Of a stretch of DNA of 64,000 nucleotides, positions 1 to 10,260 are shown piece by piece. Position 1 is the stretch's first letter, and each line of letters opens with the position of its first letter. This stretch comes from an uncultured Candidatus Saccharibacteria bacterium (GTDB lineage Bacteria > Patescibacteriota > Doudnabacteria > UBA920), in assembly GCA_964416765.1 (NCBI GenBank), contig CAYQEU010000001.1, forward strand, positions 407,253 through 471,252, in the 5' to 3' direction. The notes under the pieces are model-generated. The model was not told the DNA's origin. It saw only the letters and a list, made by a program, of their open reading frames with translations, and did no database searches. Made by a program: the position numbers and the translations under genes.

Positions 1-51
1 CGGCCGCTGACGTTCTTCGGAGCGCTGTTTAACATTTGTTATTATACCGGT

Positions 52-2091
52 TTGACCCTTATTTACACCTTGCTTTCGCCGTTTCTAGCATTGCGGTTTA
101 CTATCAAGGAGTTTATCCGAGACATTAGAAGGACAAGCCAAGATTTGGCCAAGAAGGCAGCAAATTTTAACAAGATCGGCTGGCGAAAATCCATGGCGGT
201 CTTTTTGCTTTTGGTAGTGGTCGGGTGGGGTGGCCTCCATTCGTTGCTGCTGGCAGCTGAAGGGCAGCAGCTTAAAAGCCGCGTACTGGGTGATGCCGAC
301 CTTGGTATTTCTTCCCTGAAAACCGGCAGTCTTCTCATTAACAGCGAGGATCCGGGTGAAGCGCAAAAACATTTCCAAAAGGCGTTGCAAAACTTCGACC
401 AGATCCAAAATGACCTCGAAACTAACAGCGTGGTTTTAAATGGCCTGCTCAAGGTTGTGCCGCAGCGGGGTGACGCGGATAAGCTCACCCAAAGTGCCGA
501 GCTGGTTACGCAAGCTGCCAGCCATATTGCGAACCTATACCAATCAAGCAAAGGGCTAAAAATCACAGCCCAGGGAATTTCGGGCGCCGGGGACAACGGG
601 GAGAGTCTCCGCTCCATACTCGATGAATTTAAGATAGCGAACCAGCAAATTTCCGCCGCCGCGGGATTGCTTCAGGACGTTAACCCTTCGCTTATCCCAG
701 GCGATAAGAAAGAAATTTTTTCACAGGTACAATCCCAGATTAACGACATTCGTGGGACTTTGTCCGTAGCGGGCGAATTGGCAGACCTCGCTGGCAATAT
801 GCTACTGGGGCAAAAGAACATTTTAATCTTATTCGAAAATTCCAACGAACTGCGTCCAACGGGGGGGTTCTTGGGCACGTTCGGCGCAATGGCTCTGGAA
901 AATGGAACCATAAAGCAACTGCATATCTCCAGTATTTATGATTTAGACGGCCAATTGCACGAAGTCATCAACCCGCCGCGCCCCGTGTACGCGGTAAATG
1001 ACCGCTGGTATTTGCGCGATTCTAACTGGTTTGCCGATTTCCCCACAACCGCCAAAAAGATGTCAGAATTTTACCAAAAAGAGGGTGGCAATACTCCGGA
1101 CCAAGTTTGGGCCCTCACCCCTAGCATTGTTGTTGACCTATTGCGCATAACCGGACCCGTGACCCTAACCAATTATGGTGTCACTTTGGATAGCAGTAAT
1201 TTTATCCAACAGACCCAGGTTGAAACTTCGATTAACTATGACAAGAAGCTAAACAAGCCGAAACAATTTTTGGCGGACTTTTTCCCATTGTTTTTGCAAA
1301 AACTTTCCACCTTAAACCCGGAACAAACCATACAGGTTTTAGGGGCGTTTCAGAAGAACCTGGCCGCCAAAGAAATCCTAATGTATTCCTATGATCCCGA
1401 AACACAGAAGCAACTAAGCGCTTTCCACTGGAGCGGGGAAGTGGTTGATACTGACCGCGACTACTTGTCTATTATTAGTGCTAACCTTGGTGGAACTAAA
1501 ACGGACCTGGCCATCCGCCAAACAGCCAGCGTTGTTTCACACATTAGCGATGAGGGGGAAATTATCAATACAGTTACGCTCACGCGGGATAATCCATTTC
1601 CAAAACAGGATACTTTTACAAATAAAAGCTTTGTCCGGTTTTTGGTCCCAAAAGGTTCGACTTTAATTTCAGCTGAGGGTTTTTCCCCTTCGCCCTTGCC
1701 CGATAATCTGCCGAATAAAGGCAGTGTTGACTCCGACGTGGCGCAATGGGAAAGTGGCATGCTGCAAAACGTCGGCAGTGGAACCCTAATAGGCAACGAG
1801 GGCAGTAAAACCTTTTTTGGCAATTGGGTCGTTATAAAGGGAGGGGAGAGAAGCCGGGTAACGCTTACCTATAAACTGCCGTTTACCATTTCATCAACTG
1901 ACCATTATAGCTTATTGTTCCAGCGTCAGACCGGTGTGCCCGAGTACCCTCTCGGCTACCAAGTCTATTACCCCAAGCGTTCAGTCGGGTTTTCAACCAA
2001 AAACCCGAACAACACCGACAGCACATCTTCTACCTATAATCTAATAACCAATTCCGACCTGTTTGTTGGCCTGGTAATAAATAAAAATTGA
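52..2091 (+). CDS. DUF4012-domain membrane-anchored protein
   Basis: N-terminal TM helix; motifs LILFENSNELRPTGGFLGTFG and RDSNWFADFP typical of DUF4012; start uncertain (TTG). Confidence 0.75.
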   Translation: MTLIYTLLSPFLALRFTIKEFIRDIRRTSQDLAKKAANFNKIGWRKSMAVFLLLVVVGWGGLHSLLLAAEGQQLKSRVLGDADLGISSLKTGSLLINSEDPGEAQKHFQKALQNFDQIQNDLETNSVVLNGLLKVVPQRGDADKLTQSAELVTQAASHIANLYQSSKGLKITAQGISGAGDNGESLRSILDEFKIANQQISAAAGLLQDVNPSLIPGDKKEIFSQVQSQINDIRGTLSVAGELADLAGNMLLGQKNILILFENSNELRPTGGFLGTFGAMALENGTIKQLHISSIYDLDGQLHEVINPPRPVYAVNDRWYLRDSNWFADFPTTAKKMSEFYQKEGGNTPDQVWALTPSIVVDLLRITGPVTLTNYGVTLDSSNFIQQTQVETSINYDKKLNKPKQFLADFFPLFLQKLSTLNPEQTIQVLGAFQKNLAAKEILMYSYDPETQKQLSAFHWSGEVVDTDRDYLSIISANLGGTKTDLAIRQTASVVSHISDEGEIINTVTLTRDNPFPKQDTFTNKSFVRFLVPKGSTLISAEGFSPSPLPDNLPNKGSVDSDVAQWESGMLQNVGSGTLIGNEGSKTFFGNWVVIKGGERSRVTLTYKLPFTISSTDHYSLLFQRQTGVPEYPLGYQVYYPKRSVGFSTKNPNNTDSTSSTYNLITNSDLFVGLVINKN

Positions 2092-3716
2092 TGTTTAAAC
2101 TCCGTATCCTCGACGATAACTTCTCCATCGGAAAAGCCACCATAATAATCTCCAGCCTCACGCTCTTGTCGCGCGTTGCCGGTTTTGTGCTCAAGCTTTT
2201 ACTTACCCGTGCTTTTGGCGCTGGCGATACCTTAGATATTTACTTAACCGCCTTCCGCATCCCGGACATTCTATATAATCTTCTGATTCTTGGGACCCTA
2301 AGCGCCGCGTTTATTCCCGTGTTCGGGGATTTCCTGCTCAAAGACAAAAGCGAAGCCTACCGAATCGCCAACGGTGTTCTGAACATTTGCCTTGTCGTCA
2401 TGACGTGCATTGCCCTGGTGTTATTCATTTTCCTGCATCCACTGACCCATCTCCTGGTTCCCGGATTTGCCCCAGATAAACTGAACGCCACCGTTTCACT
2501 AACCAGAATAATGTTAATCTCGCCCATTCTGTTCACGGTGTCGAATGTGTTTACCGGCATACTCTCAACTTACAAGCGCTTTTTTATAGTCAACCTCGCG
2601 CCAATTATTTATAACCTCGGAATTATTTTCGGCCTCTTGGTTCTTTACCCTCGTTATGGCCTCACGGGTCTGGGATTCGGCGTATTGATTGGCGCCGCCC
2701 TGCATGGGGCGATTCAAGTGCCCGAACTTTTACGCCATGGTTATTCCTGGCAGCCAGTCTTGCCCTGGAACCATCCAGCTGTAAAAAAGATTTTTAAATT
2801 AATCCTGCCCCGCGTATTTGGACTGGATACTTCTTTTGTTAGCCTAATCGTCGTTTCAGTGATAGGTTCATTCCTTGCCTCGGGATCCATTAGCATTTTT
2901 AACCTGGCTTCCGACTTGCTGGCTTTTCCGGTGGGGATTTTTGCCGTTTCCGTTGCCATAGCGGCTTTCCCTTTATTGACTGAACTCCATAACAAGGGAA
3001 AAGAAGGGGAATTTGTCGCTACTCTGCAAAGAAGCATGCAGCAGATATTATTTTTTGCCGTTCCTTTAACCGTAATTGTATTAATTTTCCGTGCCTATAT
3101 AGTTCGCCTGGCGTATGGCTATGGCCACTTTTCCTGGGAAGATACCACACTAACCTTTACATCCCTGGGTATTTTCAGCCTGGCGTTGTTCAGTCAAAGT
3201 TTAATCCCAATTTTGGCGCGATCATTCTACGCCCGGTACAACACCTGGGTACCTGTCCTAGTAAGCTTATTGAGCTTGGCGGTAAATACTGCGGTGTCAG
3301 CTTTCTTCGCTCCCAAATATGGCGTGACCGGCCTCGCCATGGGGTTTGTTTCCGCCAGCATCTTTAATTGCATAGTACTGCTGGGTTGGCTGCACCATCA
3401 ATTTGCCCAAGACCCCAGGATCCCGGAAGATACGCTGGATAATTTTGATGTGGGGATCATGACTACTATATTAAAATCTGCTTTGGCCAGCATCCCGCTT
3501 GGCCTCGCCAGTTACCTGGTCTTGAAACTGATTGGCCCAAGCTTAGACACCCACAGCATTCTTGGGCTATTTATCCAGTCGGGGTCGGCCGGTCTAGCTG
3601 GGCTGATTGCTTTTTGGCTATCAGCCCGAGCGCTGAAACTGCCCCAAATTGCGACTTTTGAGGGTTATGTAAGGGCAGGCTGGAAAAGATTTGCTCCAAA
3701 AGGTAAAATAGCCTAA
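2088..3716 (+). CDS. murJ: Lipid II flippase MurJ (MviN)
   Basis: LLSRVAGF..FGAG..D.YLTAFRIPD motif; many TM helices. Confidence 0.92.
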   Translation: MMFKLRILDDNFSIGKATIIISSLTLLSRVAGFVLKLLLTRAFGAGDTLDIYLTAFRIPDILYNLLILGTLSAAFIPVFGDFLLKDKSEAYRIANGVLNICLVVMTCIALVLFIFLHPLTHLLVPGFAPDKLNATVSLTRIMLISPILFTVSNVFTGILSTYKRFFIVNLAPIIYNLGIIFGLLVLYPRYGLTGLGFGVLIGAALHGAIQVPELLRHGYSWQPVLPWNHPAVKKIFKLILPRVFGLDTSFVSLIVVSVIGSFLASGSISIFNLASDLLAFPVGIFAVSVAIAAFPLLTELHNKGKEGEFVATLQRSMQQILFFAVPLTVIVLIFRAYIVRLAYGYGHFSWEDTTLTFTSLGIFSLALFSQSLIPILARSFYARYNTWVPVLVSLLSLAVNTAVSAFFAPKYGVTGLAMGFVSASIFNCIVLLGWLHHQFAQDPRIPEDTLDNFDVGIMTTILKSALASIPLGLASYLVLKLIGPSLDTHSILGLFIQSGSAGLAGLIAFWLSARALKLPQIATFEGYVRAGWKRFAPKGKIA

Positions 3717-5512
3717 TGAATTCACAAGCCCATACCCGAAATTTCTGCATTATCGCCCATATCGACCACGGTAAAAGCACGCTGGCTGACCGTCTTTTGG
3801 AGATGACCAAGACCGTTACCCAGCGCGAAATGAAAGAACAACTCCTCGACCAAATGGATTTAGAGCGCGAACGAGGCATAACCATTAAACTCCAGCCGGT
3901 CCGTATGAATTATGAGTTCGAAGGGCAGGATTACACCCTTAACCTCATCGACACACCAGGCCACGTTGATTTCAGTTACGAAGTCTCACGGAGTTTGGCC
4001 GCCTGCGAAGGGGCTATTTTGGTTGTGGACAGTACGCAGGGCATTGAAGCGCAGACTTTGGCCAACGCGTACTTGGCTATAGAACACGACCTTACCCTTA
4101 TTCCTGTGGTTAACAAGATTGACCTACCTAATTCTGATCGGCAAAAAACCGCTGCCGAACTTATCAAAGTATTTGGGTTTAAGGAAGAAGAGATTATTTA
4201 CACATCCGGCAAAACCGGCGAAGGCGTGGAAGACCTGATAGTTGAAATTATCCGGCGCGTACCCAAACCAACTGGTGACCCGAGCAAGCCGACACGGGCC
4301 CTGATATTTGATTCTGTCTATGATATCCACCGCGGCGTGATTGCCTTTGTTCGCATGATGGACGGGCAAATTTCCAGCAATCAAAAGATTTTTATGATGG
4401 GTAGCCAAACTAACGCCGAAAGCCTGGAAGTGGGAAATTTCCGGCCGCGCATGGAAAAGTCTAAGGATCTTCCTACGGGATCTGTCGGTTATATCGTAAC
4501 TGGCCTACGTGAGGTAAGCAAAGCGCGGGTAGGAGACACGGTCACTCTTTTTGAAGAGCGGCAGAAAACCACTCCTCTTCCCGGTTACCAGGAAGTCAAA
4601 CCAATGGTGTACGCGGGGATATTCCCAATATCCGGTGATGACTATCCTTTACTGCGGGATGCCATGGAGAAATTAAAGTTAAACGACGCGGCATTAGTGT
4701 TTGACCCTGAAAACATCCCCAGTATTGGTTTTGGGTTTCGTTGTGGGTTTTTGGGACTGCTCCATATGGATATCGTGCAAGAGCGGCTGTCCCGGGAATA
4801 CGACCTTAACCTCATCCTCACTTCACCGAGCGTCGCATACAAAATCATCAAAACCAATGGAGACACTCTTACTATTACCAACCCGGCGCAAATGCCGGAC
4901 CCTACGGTAATCGACGAAATCCAGGAGCCTTGGATGAAAGTCGCCATTCTAACTCCATCCGATTTTATTGGCCCAATTATGGAAATAGTGACCCAGCGCC
5001 GCGGCATCAGCACCACCATAAACTACCTAGGCAGCGACCGGGTGGAAATGCTGTTTGAAATGCCCCTCGCTAATATTATCGTGGATTTTTATGACAAGCT
5101 TAAAAGCGTATCCAGCGGTTACGCCTCACTTAACTATGACTTTATAGAATTGCGCAAAGGCGATTTGGTAAAGATTGATATCTTAATCGGCGGCGAGAAA
5201 GTGGAGGCTTTGTCGGCAATCCAACATAGCGCCACAGCCGACACCACCGCGCGGGAACTTGTCGCCAAACTCAAGACCTTGATTCCCCGGCAGCAGTTCG
5301 AAATTGCCATTCAAGGAGCAATTGGCAGTAAGATCATTGCTCGGGAAACCATCTCAGCCTTGCGCAAAGACGTTACCGGATACCTGTATGGAGGGGACGT
5401 GACCCGTAAAATGAAACTTTTGAATAAACAGAAGGCGGGAAAGAAAAAAATGAAAAAAATCGGCAAAGTGGATATTCCACAAGAGGCTTTCTTGGCAGTA
5501 TTAAGAAAATAG
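3716..5512 (+). CDS. lepA: Translation elongation factor 4
   Basis: RNFCIIAHIDHGKSTLADRLL, DTPGHVDF, LepA C-terminal GGDVTRKMKLL. Confidence 0.98.
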   Translation: MNSQAHTRNFCIIAHIDHGKSTLADRLLEMTKTVTQREMKEQLLDQMDLERERGITIKLQPVRMNYEFEGQDYTLNLIDTPGHVDFSYEVSRSLAACEGAILVVDSTQGIEAQTLANAYLAIEHDLTLIPVVNKIDLPNSDRQKTAAELIKVFGFKEEEIIYTSGKTGEGVEDLIVEIIRRVPKPTGDPSKPTRALIFDSVYDIHRGVIAFVRMMDGQISSNQKIFMMGSQTNAESLEVGNFRPRMEKSKDLPTGSVGYIVTGLREVSKARVGDTVTLFEERQKTTPLPGYQEVKPMVYAGIFPISGDDYPLLRDAMEKLKLNDAALVFDPENIPSIGFGFRCGFLGLLHMDIVQERLSREYDLNLILTSPSVAYKIIKTNGDTLTITNPAQMPDPTVIDEIQEPWMKVAILTPSDFIGPIMEIVTQRRGISTTINYLGSDRVEMLFEMPLANIIVDFYDKLKSVSSGYASLNYDFIELRKGDLVKIDILIGGEKVEALSAIQHSATADTTARELVAKLKTLIPRQQFEIAIQGAIGSKIIARETISALRKDVTGYLYGGDVTRKMKLLNKQKAGKKKMKKIGKVDIPQEAFLAVLRK

Positions 5513-5526
5513 CCAATAATATAGAT

Positions 5527-5913
5527 ATGGCACTCGGGCAAAGGTCAAAAACCAAACAAATACTCTTTTCAAAACCGGTCATCATAGCTTTGGTAATCAT
5601 GGTTATATTTGTTGGCACCTTGGAATTCCAGCAAATCCGCAAACGGCAGCAGTTCAACCGCGAAGTTGCAGCGCTCAAAAAACAGGAGGCGGACCTTATT
5701 CAAAAGAACCAAACCCTGCAAAACGGGTTGGCTTATTTCAATAACGACCAGTATAAGGATATGGTAGCCCGGCAACAGCTAAACCTGCGCAAAGACGGGG
5801 AAATAGTGGTTAATTTCCCGCCCGCCGTGGAACAACAGTCCCAAGCGCCCGCCCCAGCGCCAAAAACTTCGAACCCAACCAAATGGTGGAATTATTTTTT
5901 TAATAAACAGTAA
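5527..5913 (+). CDS. Septum formation initiator (FtsB/DivIC family)
   Basis: TM plus coiled coil plus ARQQLNLRKDGE motif. Confidence 0.75.
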   Translation: MALGQRSKTKQILFSKPVIIALVIMVIFVGTLEFQQIRKRQQFNREVAALKKQEADLIQKNQTLQNGLAYFNNDQYKDMVARQQLNLRKDGEIVVNFPPAVEQQSQAPAPAPKTSNPTKWWNYFFNKQ

Positions 5914-5918
5914 TTAGC

Positions 5919-6860
5919 ATGAAAAAGCCTCTACACCAACACATTAGAGAAAGTATGACTAAGAAACGACTGCTTCTCGCCGGGGGAATTTTGTTGCTGG
6001 TCATCGCGGTTTTGGTGTCGGGAGGGTTTTGGCTCTATTCCGCTCCTTATTCCTCCGCAAAGATAAAGGCATTTAAAAAATTTGACCTTCCCATAGCCCG
6101 GGTAGGTTCTTACCTTATCGGGGGCCGTGAATTATTTGACCGCTATGATCTGGCCGAACAACTTTATAATGGTTCATCCGGATATGATTCAAGTCAGTCT
6201 CAAGCCCAGATTCTCGACCGTTTGATCGAAATTAAAAAAATGGAAATTATTGCCGGCCAGCGGGGCGTCAAAGTAACCGAAGCGGAACTGGATGCGGAGT
6301 ACGACCGGTTAGCGGGCCAGGCGGGCGGGAACGACGCTTTTGCCGCCACCCTTAAGGACAAGTACCATTTTACCGTTGAGCAGTTTAAGCAAAAAGCCCT
6401 AAAACCCGACGTTGTTAAAACCAACCTCCAGATTAATTTTTACGACGATAAATCTTTAAACCCTGAATTGTATGCCACGCTGGATAAGGTGAATGCCGCG
6501 TTAAGAAGCAATACAGACTTTGCGGAAGTGGCAAAGACTTATTCCGAGGATCCCGCCACCAGCCAGTTCGGCGGCGATAGCGGCATGATTCCGCTCAAAG
6601 ACCTTGCTCCGGAGTTCCAGAAAGAACTTTTGGGAAAACAGCCCAATGATGTCGTAACTGCTAACACAAGGTTCGGGGTATACGTGATCAAGGTAATTAA
6701 CCGTAAGGGCGACGACGGAAATGGGGGAGGCAGTATCCACTTCCAATCCATCTACCTGAACTACGGGAAATTTAGCGCAAAGGAAACCGAATCAGCATTT
6801 TCTAAATGGTATAAAAACCAAACAGCCGCGGTAAAAGTTCAAAAATTTATCAATTTATAA
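5919..6860 (+). CDS. SurA/PrsA-like parvulin peptidyl-prolyl isomerase
   Basis: TM anchor, SurA N-terminal-like region, DFAEVAKTYSED..GGD.G parvulin motif. Confidence 0.8.
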   Translation: MKKPLHQHIRESMTKKRLLLAGGILLLVIAVLVSGGFWLYSAPYSSAKIKAFKKFDLPIARVGSYLIGGRELFDRYDLAEQLYNGSSGYDSSQSQAQILDRLIEIKKMEIIAGQRGVKVTEAELDAEYDRLAGQAGGNDAFAATLKDKYHFTVEQFKQKALKPDVVKTNLQINFYDDKSLNPELYATLDKVNAALRSNTDFAEVAKTYSEDPATSQFGGDSGMIPLKDLAPEFQKELLGKQPNDVVTANTRFGVYVIKVINRKGDDGNGGGSIHFQSIYLNYGKFSAKETESAFSKWYKNQTAAVKVQKFINL

Positions 6861-6866
6861 AAAGCC

Positions 6867-8384
6867 ATGGACGACAACATGTTTCCGCCTGAGCCATACA
6901 AGGGCCCCGACGAACCCAGCGCCAAGCTGGAGATAGAGACCCCTAACGCAATTCCTAATATAGACCCGGCCGCAACGCCGCAACCGGTTAGCGGCTCAAT
7001 ATTCACCCGCATGGGCTGGAAAATACCTACCGCTATAGGTGTGGCTATCTTGCTTTTGGTGGGCTCCGTGGGGTTTGCATATAGCCGGGGTTACACCCTA
7101 AGCGGGTTTAGGTTACTTTCCCCCGAAGCGGTGTGGAATAAATTTTACACTAAGGAATCGTCAAAAATTTACCATGCTAAGTTTACTGCGCAGTATGAGG
7201 ACCCGGAAAGTACTGGTGAGTCCCAGCAAGATTTCGGTTTTACCCTAAAAAACGTCAGACTGTCTTTAGAAGGGAACGCATATGCTGATCTCACGGAAGA
7301 AGATAATCCGGCCATAGACGGCACGGTTAAGTTCACCGCCGGAAGCGGCAGTACTAGCTTTACTAGCGGGGTGGATTACCGAGCTAAAGATGGCGTCTTC
7401 TACTACAAACTCGGCGACATCCCAATTATTAGTGATTTCCTAAAGGGTGATAGCGGACAGAATATAGACTGGGTGAAAGTTAATAGCAAAGATTTGGACA
7501 AATTGTCCGGGGACGATGGTTCTGATATTTTCAAAGACCTAAATAACAACCAAGAATTACAGCAGAAGATCAGACAAATTTGGGTAGACAACCGGGCAAT
7601 ACGTCTCGGAAAATACGTTGGGCGGGAAAAGTTAAATGGCGTAAACACCATGCATTTCCAGGCCGAGTTGGATAGGGGAGCCGCAAAAAAAGCAGTGCTG
7701 GACACCATTACCGCTTTGACCGAGAGTGATAAGGGCAAAATCACCGAAGACGACAAAGCATTAGCCGAAGAAATCACCGACCGGTTCTTTAACAAAATTG
7801 AGATAAAGGAGCTTGACGCTTGGATTGGCAGCGCCGATGATAACCTATACCGATTGCATATGCTAAGCAACGCGCCCTCAGTAGCTTCATTGTTTAAATT
7901 AGCTGCGGACCCCGCTCTGCAAAACGAACCCACGACCCTGGACGAAAAGAAAAAAATGATTGACCAAGTGTTCGATAAGATATCCTTTGATGCCACCTTC
8001 AAGCTCGATGTTGACTACAGTGATTACGGGAAATCCCAGGAGGTGCAGGTGCCGGAAAACGCGTATGACATTTTGGGACAGGCCCAAACCGCTGCCGGGG
8101 ATGCCAAGCGCCTCGCGGATGTACGCCAAATAGCCAGCGCGCTGGAGCTCTACTATAACGACAACAACTGGTATCCTTACGGTTTAAATGACTTGGCACC
8201 GACATACCTAAATACCATACCAACCGCTCCCACCCCCGCAGGGGGCAGTTGCACGGAGACTGATAATACCTATAATTATAAGTACTTTGACTCCAACCAT
8301 TACGAACTTCACTTCTGCTTAGGGGCAAAAACCGGCGGTCTTGAGAAGGGAGCCCACACCTTAAGCCAGGCCGGCATCCAATAA
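6867..8384 (+). CDS. Membrane-anchored protein with C-terminal GspG/pseudopilin-like module
   Basis: TM near residues 50-75; C-terminal DAKRLADVRQIASALELYYNDNNWYP..L.P.YL..IP resembles the type II secretion pseudopilin core. Confidence 0.55.
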   Translation: MDDNMFPPEPYKGPDEPSAKLEIETPNAIPNIDPAATPQPVSGSIFTRMGWKIPTAIGVAILLLVGSVGFAYSRGYTLSGFRLLSPEAVWNKFYTKESSKIYHAKFTAQYEDPESTGESQQDFGFTLKNVRLSLEGNAYADLTEEDNPAIDGTVKFTAGSGSTSFTSGVDYRAKDGVFYYKLGDIPIISDFLKGDSGQNIDWVKVNSKDLDKLSGDDGSDIFKDLNNNQELQQKIRQIWVDNRAIRLGKYVGREKLNGVNTMHFQAELDRGAAKKAVLDTITALTESDKGKITEDDKALAEEITDRFFNKIEIKELDAWIGSADDNLYRLHMLSNAPSVASLFKLAADPALQNEPTTLDEKKKMIDQVFDKISFDATFKLDVDYSDYGKSQEVQVPENAYDILGQAQTAAGDAKRLADVRQIASALELYYNDNNWYPYGLNDLAPTYLNTIPTAPTPAGGSCTETDNTYNYKYFDSNHYELHFCLGAKTGGLEKGAHTLSQAGIQ

Positions 8385-8407
8385 ATCCAGTCCCGCAAGG
8401 GACTCTC

Positions 8408-8481
8408 GCGGGTATCGTATAGTGGTAGTACGCAACCTTCCCAAGGTTAAAGCACGGGTCCGATTCCCGTTACCCGCTCCA
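8408..8481 (+). tRNA. tRNA-Gly (CCC)
   Basis: GCGGGTA/TACCCGC acceptor stem, loop TTCCCAA, encoded CCA; T-loop reads TCCGATT. Confidence 0.92.
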
Positions 8482-8495
8482 TAAAATATTCAAAT

Positions 8496-9098
8496 ATGAG
8501 ATTAGAAACAGCAGCGGACCGTAATTACGGCGAGTATAAACAAAAAGTTCTAATAGAACAATTGCAGCAACCTGAATACCAGCAGGAGATTGAAGGCAAT
8601 GCGAGGGTTGTTAACTTAGGGAGAGAAACCCCCAATATGCCGGAACACGAAGAGAAGTCCAACGAGCTGGGAAAGGAAATAGTAGATCGCAGACGGCAAA
8701 TCGAAGCGTTAAGGAAAGAGATTGAGCAATTGGAAAATGAACAGCGGGCTATAAGAAACGTACCCGTACTATTTGATACCCCTGATTTTGAAAGCATTTC
8801 CGAGAGCTTGCGTAATCTGGACGCCGCGAACGTTAAGGAAGTCAAGGTCGGGGAAACTGTATATTCCGTGGCCTCTTTACGGGATATTGTGGGCACCGTT
8901 GATGCCTTTTCGCGCCAAATTCGCCAAGATTTCCAGAGCATAACCGATGAAGAGATTGAGACATACTTAGCCCGTAATCAGATCACCCGGCAAAAGATTT
9001 CACCGCACAGCAAGCTGGGTTTTAGGGAATCAATGAAACAGGCTATTCGCAATGACTCCCGCGCCGTAAGAGTGGGATTTGATAAGCTAAAGCATTAA
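8496..9098 (+). CDS. Hypothetical protein with coiled coil
   Basis: 200-aa ORF with ATG start, charged heptad region; no motif recognised. Confidence 0.6.
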   Translation: MRLETAADRNYGEYKQKVLIEQLQQPEYQQEIEGNARVVNLGRETPNMPEHEEKSNELGKEIVDRRRQIEALRKEIEQLENEQRAIRNVPVLFDTPDFESISESLRNLDAANVKEVKVGETVYSVASLRDIVGTVDAFSRQIRQDFQSITDEEIETYLARNQITRQKISPHSKLGFRESMKQAIRNDSRAVRVGFDKLKH

Positions 9099-9123
9099 CT
9101 ATTACAAACTAGAAAATCCCGAT

Positions 9124-9552
9124 ATGCGGAAAGGCTATGATTACCCCGGTGTGGCAATAGTTTTTTACTGCCATGATGGCAACGGAAACTTTGTTATGTC
9201 TAAGCGTAGCCTGCAAGCTCGTGATGAAAATGGACGTTGGGATATTGGCGGGGGAGGCCTGGAGTTTGGAGACACCGTTGAACAAACTTTGCGCAATGAA
9301 ATTAAACAGGAATATTGCGCCGAGGTCCTAAAATTTGAGTTTCTCGGGTACCGTGATGTTCACAGAGAGCACGAAGGCCAAGCCACCCATTGGATAGCAC
9401 TGGATTTTAAGGTTTTGATTGACCCGGTACAGGTTAAAAACGGGGAGCCCAATAAGTTTGAAGAAGTTAAATTCTTCCGGCTGGAAAGCCTGCCGGAAAA
9501 CATCCATTCACAATTACCCAATTTTCTGCAAATATATAAAGACCTGCTATGA
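9124..9552 (+). CDS. NUDIX hydrolase
   Basis: Variant Nudix box GGGLEFGDTVEQTLRNEIKQE. Confidence 0.85.
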   Translation: MRKGYDYPGVAIVFYCHDGNGNFVMSKRSLQARDENGRWDIGGGGLEFGDTVEQTLRNEIKQEYCAEVLKFEFLGYRDVHREHEGQATHWIALDFKVLIDPVQVKNGEPNKFEEVKFFRLESLPENIHSQLPNFLQIYKDLL

Positions 9553-10154
9553 GCCGAGATTTAGAATTCTTATATGAAATAGGGTGCTTGCGGCGCCAGC
9601 AACGAAGCTGGAGCCAATTTTTGTACCCAGACGCAGCTTCCAACACCGATCATACCTTTCGGGTACTTTGGACTTCTTTGATATTGGCAAAGAAAGAGAA
9701 CATTAAGGATACTGAGAAGGTCATGAAAATGGCTTTGGTGCATGATGTCCCGGAAAGCAGGACCGGCGACACCAACTACCTCAGCAGGCAGTATGTGAAA
9801 GAGAATAATCCCCAGGCCTTTGCCGATATCTTTGCCGGAACTATCCTGGAAAAGGAGTTTACGGACCTATGGCATGAGTACGAGACCAGGGAAACCATGG
9901 AGGCCAAGATCGTAAAGGATGCCGATACCCTGGATATTGATTTGGAACTCGCTGAGGCCATGGCCCTAGGAAACCCTCTGGGAGAAATATTCCGAGACCA
10001 TCGCAAACTGGTTGCCAAGATGCTAACCACAAAAGCGGCCAAAGAAATGTGGCAGGAAATTCAGACCTCCGATCCGCACGCATGGCACCTCAACAGTCGC
10101 AACCGGTTTAACGCGGGGGACTGGAATGAATTCAAAATAAATAATAACCTGTAG
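9549..10154 (+). CDS. HD-domain phosphohydrolase (YfbR/HDDC2-like)
   Basis: H...MALVHDVPESRTGD...VKDAD.LD pattern. Confidence 0.85.
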   Translation: MSRDLEFLYEIGCLRRQQRSWSQFLYPDAASNTDHTFRVLWTSLILAKKENIKDTEKVMKMALVHDVPESRTGDTNYLSRQYVKENNPQAFADIFAGTILEKEFTDLWHEYETRETMEAKIVKDADTLDIDLELAEAMALGNPLGEIFRDHRKLVAKMLTTKAAKEMWQEIQTSDPHAWHLNSRNRFNAGDWNEFKINNNL

Positions 10155-10175
10155 TAAGTACAATCAATAAGCCTA

Positions 10176-10251
10176 GCCGGCTTAGCTCATCCGGTAGAGC
10201 AGCGGTATCGTAAACCGCAGGTGGTCGGTTCGAGTCCGACAGCCGGCTCCA
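10176..10251 (+). tRNA. tRNA-Thr (CGT)
   Basis: GCCGGCT/AGCCGGC acceptor, GCGGT-ATCGTAA-ACCGC anticodon arm, GGTTCGAGTCC, CCA. Confidence 0.95.
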
Positions 10252-10260
10252 TTTTTATCC

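Noticed and set aside
8408-8481. tRNA-Gly as a pseudogene because of the TCCGA T-loop and a top anticodon-stem mismatch
   Set aside because: Acceptor, D and T stems and the CCA end are intact; small variants like these are tolerated
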